From a bacterium (GTDB lineage Bacteria > Bacteroidota > Ignavibacteria > UBA10030): a stretch of 47,102 bases of DNA. The number at the start of each line of letters is the position of its first letter. The stretch's first letter is position 1. Below the pieces are notes generated by a model, which was not told the DNA's origin, searched no databases, and was given only the letters and a program-made list of their open reading frames with translations. The stretch is from assembly GCA_043803945.1 (NCBI GenBank), contig JAZDJN010000004.1, positions 1 to 47,102 of the forward strand. Reading direction: 5' to 3'. The position numbers were made by a program, and so were the translations under genes. Of this stretch, positions 39,316-46,064 are shown piece after piece.

Positions 39316-39567
39316 TTAATTTACCATTACCTTTTTGTGAAACATGGCCGAAATATCATCAAGAATCTGAATCTCTTTTTTCTGAGCCTCAATTGCTGTA
39401 ACACATGCACTTGCCACTACATCGCAAATCTTATCTGATAGAATTGAACAACTTTTCCTTTCTTCTTCTGTAACTGGTTCTCCCCGACTCATCTTCTCCA
39501 CTATCCCCACTAATCCCTCCATCTCTGCTATGCTTTGATCCACTATTTGAGAGATATATCGACTCAT
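39316..39567 (-). CDS. Hypothetical protein
   Basis: 83 aa, co-oriented and closely spaced (11 nt gap) with the nuclease gene. Confidence 0.55.
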   Translation of the reverse strand: MSRYISQIVDQSIAEMEGLVGIVEKMSRGEPVTEEERKSCSILSDKICDVVASACVTAIEAQKKEIQILDDISAMFHKKVMVN

Positions 39568-39774
39568 ACAATCTTTTCCCCTTTCTGGGAAGTTTTCAGT
39601 TTCGCAAGCTCCTAATTGGCCGCGTTCACATTACCGGTAATTAATGTGTGTGAATATTTAGCAAGGTATACAATGAAAATTAATAAGTCAATATATTGAA
39701 CACGTATATTGAAATTATTTTACGATATCTATTAAACCATATAAATATAACGGTTTCCAGTGATATATTATACT

Positions 39775-39806
39775 TGACAATATCAATACTATTTGATATA
39801 TTGTCA
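39775..39806. promoter_or_regulatory. Palindromic operator candidate
   Basis: TGACAATATCAA TACTAT TTGATATATTGTCA, in AT-rich DNA upstream of the leftward nuclease/excisionase operon. Confidence 0.45.
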
Positions 39807-39840
39807 TAAACAATTACACTTATTTCCACAAAGTCAATAG

Positions 39841-39876
39841 GGTAAACACCTGAAAACGGAAGGAAAAACACCTGAG
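39841..39876 (+). repeat. 36-bp element, inverted partner of 44661-44696
   Basis: GGTAAACACCTGAAAACGGAAGGAAAAACACCTGAG; 31/36 identical to the reverse complement of 44661-44696. Confidence 0.8.
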
Positions 39877-39885
39877 GGGAGTATA

Positions 39886-40158
39886 TTAAACTTCTTTAAA
39901 CTTCAAGGAATATTTTATCTTTTTTTCTGCGATGATCTCCTTGAGAACGTATTTAAACAACTTGTAATATGGACGACTCATTTTGTGATGGTTGTTTTCA
40001 ATTCGAGACAATGTCGCAGGAGTGATTCCCATTCGTTCAGCAAGATACACCTGGTTAATATCTAGGTCAATTCGAATGTGCTTGATCTCTTTTCCATCAA
40101 TCAATTTGGGTGTCGGCTTTTTGACAACTGCCTTTTTGCTTTTTACTATTTCACCCAT
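39886..40158 (-). CDS. XRE-family HTH regulator (Cro-like)
   Basis: IKHIRIDLDINQVYLAERMGITPATLSRIEN; divergent from a second XRE gene. Confidence 0.85.
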   Translation of the reverse strand: MGEIVKSKKAVVKKPTPKLIDGKEIKHIRIDLDINQVYLAERMGITPATLSRIENNHHKMSRPYYKLFKYVLKEIIAEKKIKYSLKFKEV

Positions 40159-40261
40159 GACACAGATCCTTACTTTGTTGAGGCTAACTTACAATAACTA
40201 GATTGTTCACAATAACATTAATCATTTACTTGTCAATTGTCAAGACAAGGCAGGAGGAACG

Positions 40262-40657
40262 ATGTCTACTACTGGACAACGCCTAAAACATGTTAGAGAA
40301 TTAAAAACCTGGAGCCAAGCTGCAGTTTCCAAAATAACTGGACTCAGCAAGGGAACTATATCAATGGCCGAACGCGGTGAAACACACCTCACTATCGACA
40401 ATCTCGCCAGGATGTGCAAAGCCCTGGAGGTGTCAGCCGACTACGTTTTATTTGGAAGAACATCTGAGCTGAGCGATGAATGGAGACGCCTTTCTTCAAC
40501 TGAGGATGGATTAACACTCAGGGCTGTCATATTGAGTCTCTACAAGGATAAGAAGCTTCAACCAATCCTAACCGCTTTGGCAACACTGACTGACAACCAG
40601 CTCTCATTAGTACTTACCATGTTGAAAACTATGGAAAACCAAAATAATAAAACATGA
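40262..40657 (+). CDS. XRE-family HTH regulator (CI/immunity-repressor-like)
   Basis: GQRLKHVRELKTWSQAAVSKITGLSKGTISMAERG...ALEVSADYVLFG; AGGAGG RBS. Confidence 0.88.
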   Translation: MSTTGQRLKHVRELKTWSQAAVSKITGLSKGTISMAERGETHLTIDNLARMCKALEVSADYVLFGRTSELSDEWRRLSSTEDGLTLRAVILSLYKDKKLQPILTALATLTDNQLSLVLTMLKTMENQNNKT

Positions 40658-40706
40658 TTTGTACCTATAAATAAAGATTAAAGAATAGATGGTAAAAGAG
40701 ATGTTC

Positions 40707-40805
40707 TAAAAAGACGAAGGAGTAACAGCAATCATCATCTAATTGCTGTTACTCCTTTTTCGAGGGAATGCTTGTTGATGGGAGCAACAAGCACGCGTAT
40801 GGTTC
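40707..40805 (-). ncRNA. Candidate ~100-nt small RNA
   Basis: Minus-strand promoter TTGACA(40840-40835)-17-TATCTT(40817-40812), hairpin 40769-40793, 16-bp hairpin 40717-40757 followed by a T run. Confidence 0.45.
40717..40760. terminator. Bidirectional intrinsic terminator
   Basis: Perfect stem AAGGAGTAACAGCAAT / ATTGCTGTTACTCCTT with T runs on both strands, between convergent genes. Confidence 0.8.
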
Positions 40806-40904
40806 AGCTTTAAGATACAAACGTGGGGTCATGTTGTCAAGCCAATTCTTTTGTCTCACCGGTGAGACTTTTTCCAAATAGCATCTTACACTAATCGGCG
40901 ATAA

Positions 40905-42221
40905 TTATGTCTTTGATGATTCGGACAACAACCATTCGCTTGCAGGATGCCATTTGATTGATTTCGGAACATCTGGTGGACGTTCTGTCTCAAGCACAAT
41001 CAAGTGTGCAGTAGTAGTTTTATTTTCAGTAAGTGCTTCAATCAAACCTTGAATCTCGCGTCTCTGCACATCCGGTGTATCCATTTCAGAGCATACTTGA
41101 AGTAATTCACGACGTCCATCTCGGTAGAGTGCTAGAAAATCAACCTCGGTACCTGATGCGTTCTTCACATATGATATTTCTGCACCGCGACGCTCCAATT
41201 CCAACATAATACAGGTTTCCAACGCGTGTCCTATGTTGAGCTTTCCACTGGGATCGAAAAGAGTTATGAGTCCCATGTCTATCGGATATACTTTTCTAGG
41301 ATTTACCATCCGCCGCCTTTCGGATCCTGAAGATATCGAAACTGTACGAATGAGAAATGCATCTTCCAGATATGCAAGATATTCGTGCAGTGTATCTTTT
41401 GCTATCGGTATTCCCTGTGATCGCAAATCATTATAGAACTTGTTGACACTAAACGAACCTGCAGCATTCGTCAATAGATGATGGACCATCCAGCGCAGTG
41501 CGATTGGGTGGGACACTCCATGTCGCTCGATCACATCACGCAGTAGAGCCGTATCGACATATCCTCTGAGAAGATCGAAACGGTCGCGGGGTTCAACACC
41601 CACACTTTCAGGAAAACCGCCAGTTGAGAGATACCCACGCAAGTCTTTTTCCAGTAATGACCGTTTTGCTTTCGGGAGACGATTCGGGTCTTTTTCAGGT
41701 TCCCTGCTGAGATGACGAAGATATTCTTTAAAACTAAATGGATGGACAAGAGCCTCCATCGCTCGTCCGCGCATGCTTGTCGCAACTTCACGCGAGAGAA
41801 GACGTGCGGATGAACCTGACAGAAATAACTCAACTTTTTCCGTTTCAAGCAGTCGACGCACAAAACTCTCCCAACCAGAGACGACCTGTATTTCATCAAG
41901 AAAGAATACTGTGTGTCCTTTATCCCTCAACCCAGGATACAGACGATAGAACTCTTCGACTAGAAACTGGAGATCAGCCGCCTTCATACCAGTGAGCCGT
42001 TCATCTTCAAAACCAAAATAGAGCAGACTTTCGCGGCTTGCCCCTTTCGCCAATCGATCGCTGAGTAATTGCCATAAAAATGTAGATTTACCTGTGCGAC
42101 GCATACCAATAACTGCAATCGCCTTTCCACGAAGTTTCGGCACATAGACATCGCGGCGAGTAAATGTAGGTATTGGCGATGCCAACGAATCTACTATTTT
42201 CTGATGTATTATTTCTCTCAT
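40905..42221 (-). CDS. AAA_14 ATPase with DUF4143 and PD-(D/E)XK-like C-terminus
   Basis: GMRRTGKST, FFLDEIQ, LSGSS, GGFPE, KVYPIDMG, EVDF...LLQVC; ATG 42221 (MREII) preferred to the track start at 42275. Confidence 0.9.
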   Translation of the reverse strand: MREIIHQKIVDSLASPIPTFTRRDVYVPKLRGKAIAVIGMRRTGKSTFLWQLLSDRLAKGASRESLLYFGFEDERLTGMKAADLQFLVEEFYRLYPGLRDKGHTVFFLDEIQVVSGWESFVRRLLETEKVELFLSGSSARLLSREVATSMRGRAMEALVHPFSFKEYLRHLSREPEKDPNRLPKAKRSLLEKDLRGYLSTGGFPESVGVEPRDRFDLLRGYVDTALLRDVIERHGVSHPIALRWMVHHLLTNAAGSFSVNKFYNDLRSQGIPIAKDTLHEYLAYLEDAFLIRTVSISSGSERRRMVNPRKVYPIDMGLITLFDPSGKLNIGHALETCIMLELERRGAEISYVKNASGTEVDFLALYRDGRRELLQVCSEMDTPDVQRREIQGLIEALTENKTTTAHLIVLETERPPDVPKSIKWHPASEWLLSESSKT

Positions 42222-42279
42222 TTGTCCTTCTCCAAAGGATAATATATAAGGGAATTGTCCTTTTGTCAAGGACAATATA
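42222..42279. promoter_or_regulatory. Two tandem palindromic operators upstream of the ATPase gene
   Basis: TTGTCCTT-CTCCA-AAGGATAA (42222-42242) and TTGTCCTT-TTGTC-AAGGACAA (42255-42275), both followed by TATA, 33 bp apart. Confidence 0.7.
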
Positions 42280-42444
42280 AAGGCGTCAAAATGGCTTCTG
42301 TCTGGGGATGTGTTTCAGCGGCTTCTGCTACAGGTGAATGAGAAATCGGCTTTTCAACATACCTCTAAACAGAATCGGCTCTATAGAGAGGTAATCGCTT
42401 GGGGATTGCCATGAGAGAGGCTCTCGCTCTCGACGTGAAGAAGT

Positions 42445-42481
42445 AAAAAAATAAAAAACCCGAATGGGATTTACCGGGCTT
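42445..42481 (-). terminator. Intrinsic terminator after the DUF433 operon
   Basis: Minus strand AGCCCGGT...ATTCGGGTT followed by TTTTATTTTTTT. Confidence 0.6.
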
Positions 42482-42613
42482 CATCGTCTTATAGATGGTC
42501 GTCTGATCTTATACCTTGGAAAGTCTTTTCTCTTGAAGTTCATGCATGATATCCCATACCCGATCATGTTCTTGAAATTCGGATAGTCTAGCGTTCGAAC
42601 TTTGTATAACCTC

Positions 42614-42966
42614 CTAAAATATTTGGAATCCGGTTTGGGTGATAACAACGCAGGGATGGGCCTTTCGCAGTGCCTGAATCCAGATGTCTTTTGAAGAAGA
42701 GATAATTTTGTGGAGTTGATCATTGGAGCAATTGCCAACCTGGTTAACCGCACTTGTGGTGGAACTCAAAATATAAGAAAGCGTTCAAAATAATCTCTGT
42801 CCTTCGTCACGAGAGTGTAACCTTCACGCTTTGCCAAATCCCAAAGGAATTCATCGCTAAGGTTGAGCTCTCACCCAAAATCCCTTACATGGGAAGCCTC
42901 CTCTCCAATCGATGCAAACCAAGTACATAGCTTTTGTGGTAACTGAGCGTCAATTAACCATTTCAT
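42614..42966 (-). pseudogene. DUF5615 PIN-like toxin pseudogene (not in ORF track)
   Basis: From the TGATG overlap: MKWLIDAQLPQKLCTWFASIGEEASHVRDFG*ELNLSDEFLWDLAKREGYTLVTKDRDYFERFLIF*VPPQV, frameshift, then GNCSNDQL...; two TGA stops. Confidence 0.85.
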
Positions 42967-43226
42967 CATGAAGCCAGCGGTAGTGACTCATGAGTGTAGG
43001 CCGAGAGTCGCGATGCGAAGAGTAAGCAGGCCTGAATGTCGGCTTGCTCCAGATATGAAAAGTCCTGAAGAATTTCTTGTTCTGACATCCCACCTGCAAG
43101 AAGTTCTAAAACATTTGATACAGTAATTCTCATACCACGAATGGTTGGACGACCACCACACAATCCGGGTACGATAGTAATTCGCGAGAGCATATTTTCT
43201 TTTTCCATTACATTACCTTTATACAA
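42966..43226 (-). CDS. DUF433 antitoxin
   Basis: RITIVPGLCGGRPTIRGMRITV...EILQDFSYLEQADIQACL; start may be 43208. Confidence 0.92.
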   Translation of the reverse strand: MYKGNVMEKENMLSRITIVPGLCGGRPTIRGMRITVSNVLELLAGGMSEQEILQDFSYLEQADIQACLLFASRLSAYTHESLPLAS

Positions 43227-43383
43227 ACATAAGAATTTGAGAGAGAAGATTCTATTGAAAAAGATTCTTAGAGATGAGAGATGAGAACCGTGAGATGAGG
43301 TTAAAAGGCTCCGGTGTGACGCTCCTTGCCTTTCCGTTGGTTTCTTGCTAACTTGATGTAGAACTATTTAAAGGAAATCACGC

Positions 43384-43608
43384 ATGAAAGTCAAATTCAA
43401 TATGGTTTTTCAGAAAGTGCCGGAAGGATATATAGGATTTGTCGAAGAACTCCCAGGCGCGAATACACAAGGTGCTACATTAGAAGAGGTTCGGTCCAAT
43501 ATCAAAGAGGCGATTGAAATGGTGCTTGACGCTAACCGGAGGCTGGCTGAAAAGTCTATAAAGGGGAAGAAGGTTATCCGGGAACAAGTATCCCTCTCAG
43601 CAGCATGA
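43384..43608 (+). CDS. hicB: HicB-family antitoxin (short form)
   Basis: GYIGFVEELPGANTQGATLEEVRSNIKEAI; ATGA overlap with hicA. Confidence 0.88.
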   Translation: MKVKFNMVFQKVPEGYIGFVEELPGANTQGATLEEVRSNIKEAIEMVLDANRRLAEKSIKGKKVIREQVSLSAA

Positions 43609-43790
43609 AACGGCGTGATCTCATCAAGCATCTCATCCTTAATGATTGTAAGTTGATGCGTGAAGGAAGTAACCATTCCATATACGTGAACCAACTAAAC
43701 CAAAAAGTATCCACCCTCCCACGCCATCGCGAAATCAACGACTTTCTCGCAAAGAAAATCTGCCGAAATCTACAAATACCACTACCATAA
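43605..43790 (+). CDS. hicA: HicA-family toxin
   Basis: MKRRDLIKHL...REGSNHSIYVN...PRHREI, with the catalytic His in GSNH. Confidence 0.9.
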   Translation: MKRRDLIKHLILNDCKLMREGSNHSIYVNQLNQKVSTLPRHREINDFLAKKICRNLQIPLP

Positions 43791-43936
43791 AAATATTTCT
43801 CGTTTAGGTGATACTCCTCATTCAGTATATTCTCACGATGCTCACAGCGTCATTACATATCAGAATTGCATATTCCGGATTGACCATTATTTTCACACAC
43901 AGTTAATAGAATCCGGATTGAGTCATCAGCCACATG

Positions 43937-44125
43937 TTAAGCCTTCCCATCTCGAATGTCTTCCAGTCGTCGTTCTCCCATCGGGGATGGAGCCTTCTTC
44001 CCTGTCTCCCAATTGGAGATGGTCGCTTGACGAACTCCGACCCGTTCGGCGAATTCTATTTGAGTTAGTTCAAGTTCCTCCCGAAGAGAGAGAATCCGTT
44101 CCGGGCTCCATTGTGCTTTCTTCAG
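43937..44125 (-). CDS. XRE-family HTH protein with CTG start (not in ORF track)
   Basis: 62 aa: (L)KKAQWSPERILSLREELELTQIEFAERVGVRQATISNWETGKKAPSPMGERRLEDIRDGKA; GAGGAG RBS; CTGA overlap with the upstream ORF stop. Confidence 0.8.
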   Translation of the reverse strand: MKKAQWSPERILSLREELELTQIEFAERVGVRQATISNWETGKKAPSPMGERRLEDIRDGKA

Positions 44126-44304
44126 GTGAGATCCTCCTCTATTTTTGCAATTTGGAGTTGTCTATCGTGAATGTCTGAGAGTCGAAGAGAAAGAGTGGCG
44201 GCCCGCTCGATCGTAACATCACATTGAAGATTGAGCCTTGTCTTTCTCTCCTCATTAGAGAGGAGTCGCTTGACAGCTCGGAGTTCTTTCCGTGTAGCTT
44301 TCAT
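44122..44304 (-). CDS. Small basic hypothetical protein
   Basis: 60 aa; AAAGGAG RBS and near-consensus promoter upstream; coupled to the XRE gene. Confidence 0.65.
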   Translation of the reverse strand: MKATRKELRAVKRLLSNEERKTRLNLQCDVTIERAATLSLRLSDIHDRQLQIAKIEEDLT

Positions 44305-44328
44305 GGCCTCGCTCCTTTCCGGATTGTC

Positions 44329-44357
44329 AGTATACGCTAACGAATAAGGGAAGTCAA
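44329..44357 (-). promoter_or_regulatory. Sigma70 promoter of the two-gene operon
   Basis: TTGACT - 17 nt - TATACT on the minus strand. Confidence 0.7.
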
Positions 44358-44506
44358 GCGAGAGATTGAAATTTGAGGAATAAGTTCATAACGACTCGTC
44401 TCTTCGACTTGGAAATACAGTGAGCGGAGTCTGATACAATTCCGTTATTGTGATACGGGACAGTTGGAGGGGATTATCAAAAGCCCCGTCTTTACGAAGC
44501 TTTTAA

Positions 44507-44580
44507 TGGGCCCCGTAGGGCTCGAATCTACGACCCGCAGAAGATGGGTCTGCTGCTCTAACCAACTGAGCTAAGTGCCT
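44507..44580 (-). pseudogene. Degenerate tRNA with CAT anticodon (Ile2/Met-like)
   Basis: AGGCACTTAGCTCAGTTGGTTAGAGCAGCAGACCCATCTTCTGCGGGTCGTAGATTCGAGCCCTACGGGGCCCA: intact D arm and anticodon stem, but two acceptor mismatches, A53-C61 mismatch and loop CC-CAT-CT. Confidence 0.8.
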
Positions 44581-44660
44581 AATTTAAAAAGCGATATACC
44601 ACACGTTTTATTGTGGTTGCCGCTATTTTTATCTCTCTCAAGGGCAAAGTAGAGTGGCAT

Positions 44661-44696
44661 CTCAGGTGTTTTCCATGCCATTTTCAGGTGATTACC
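44661..44696 (-). repeat. 36-bp element, inverted partner of 39841-39876
   Basis: Reverse complement GGTAATCACCTGAAAATGGCATGGAAAACACCTGAG. Confidence 0.8.
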
Positions 44697-45065
44697 TGAG
44701 GCAAATTTAGCCCATTTTCGCCTATTGCACATTCTTGCTATTGTTTATATTTTCAAACATCTATACCTTCTTGCCAACAGTCATACCTTAATTACCGTGC
44801 TGGGGCATTCCGTGGGGAAGGATTAAGTGTACTTCCGAAGGAGTAAACCGTGCAACTCCTGAAAACGAATAATTATATTGAACGACAGACCTCTGGATTC
44901 GCGAATGCGATGAAGGAGGTTTTTGTGCTATAAGCTGTAAATACGCTATGCGTTTTTCACCAATAATTTAGTGGGATATCCGCAATTCGTTTTTACATTG
45001 TGCGCCATTACCGTTAATGTATGTGCAACGGCGGTGAGTTGGCAGACAATATTCCGGAGAATCCA

Positions 45066-45857
45066 ATGAGCAATAAATTCCAGCAAGCAGTCAGCGTATT
45101 CGAAAAAACAGAATCTACTCTCATCGGAAACTGTGTCCCTGGCTTCACTCGACATTCAAGAATTCATGCGGCAAGGAATTTTAAGCGCATGTTGCGCTGT
45201 TTCCGCACTGCCTCCGACGATGACTTCTTTTTCCACATGACGATGATTGTCTTTTACTCTGGATTTATCGCACCCACCGTCACCAAGAGAAGACATATTA
45301 TTCATCGTTACTTCAACTCCTACAGAAAAGCCGCCGCATACACGCGCAAGGATATTGCTCGGATTCTCCACGATCCGAAGATGATCGCCAACCGCAACAA
45401 GGTTGAAAAGATTGTCTACAATGCCAGGCAATTCATCAAGCTGAGAAAGGAGTTTTCCAGCTTCAGAAGCTACCTACTGTCCTTCAATCCTGATTATCCA
45501 CTTTCCGATGCTCGACTTGACGACTTGCGAGAAGATCTCAGGAGCCGGTTTGCGTACTTAGGCCCAGCAACAGTCAATCATTTTCTGATAGACTACGCCT
45601 TTCCAGTTGTCAAGCCAGACCGCATGATAATGCGCGTATTGCATCGCACTCATCTTGTTGCTGGTGAATCAGTACATCACTATGAGAAAGCGATCAAGAT
45701 CTGCAAAGATATTTCCGAGCGACTGGATACTCCTATTCGATACGTCGATACCGTCTTCGTCTGTCTTGGTCAAGTAGGCGAAGCTAACATCTGCTCGAAG
45801 AACAAACCCCGGTGCCACATATGCGACCTTGAACGAGTGTGTAAGTTCTATGATTAG
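45066..45857 (+). CDS. DNA-3-methyladenine glycosylase I (Tag)-like HhH protein with C-terminal Fe-S cluster motif
   Basis: FYSGF...MIANRNKVEKIVYNARQF, FAYLGPATVNHFL, KPDRMIMR, and CSKNKPRCHICDLERVC (C-x6-C-x2-C-x5-C); ATG 45066 follows GGAGA. Confidence 0.75.
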   Translation: MSNKFQQAVSVFEKTESTLIGNCVPGFTRHSRIHAARNFKRMLRCFRTASDDDFFFHMTMIVFYSGFIAPTVTKRRHIIHRYFNSYRKAAAYTRKDIARILHDPKMIANRNKVEKIVYNARQFIKLRKEFSSFRSYLLSFNPDYPLSDARLDDLREDLRSRFAYLGPATVNHFLIDYAFPVVKPDRMIMRVLHRTHLVAGESVHHYEKAIKICKDISERLDTPIRYVDTVFVCLGQVGEANICSKNKPRCHICDLERVCKFYD

Positions 45858-46030
45858 CTTACCGCCGCTGCACATATCAAACGGCAAACCGGCGCTCGCA
45901 CACTGGATAGGCAAAGGAGATTCGAAGGTTGGCTAAATGTAAAGAACTCACTCCATTGCGTCCCGCCACAAACAAGGAGTCAGTTCTGAGTGGCGGGCCG
46001 CAACGGCGTTTTGCCTAAATCGTTATGTGA
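45858..46030 (+). repeat. attC-like imperfect palindromic spacer
   Basis: Nested IRs CACATA/TATGTG, TAGGCAAA/TTTGCCTA, TTGCG-CCCGCCAC/GTGGCGGG-CGCAA, ending in GTTATGT just before the next RBS. Confidence 0.4.
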
Positions 46031-46064
46031 AATTGCTGCCCCTGAAAGGAGGTAAGTTTAAAAA

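Noticed and set aside
35267-42900. TGA recoding (genetic code 25/4 or selenocysteine) to explain in-frame TGAs in SNF2 and DUF5615
   Set aside because: TGA is used as a normal stop in neighbouring genes (ATGA/GTGA overlaps); only one TGA occurs in ~1100 codons; DUF5615 also has a frameshift; no convincing SECIS or Cys-equivalent position.
43918-44178. 86-aa plus-strand ORF in the track
   Set aside because: It is the antisense shadow of the CTG-start XRE gene.
39841-44696. Calling the IR-bounded segment an IS or transposon
   Set aside because: No transposase inside and no target-site duplication at the flanks; kept only as an unexplained repeat pair.
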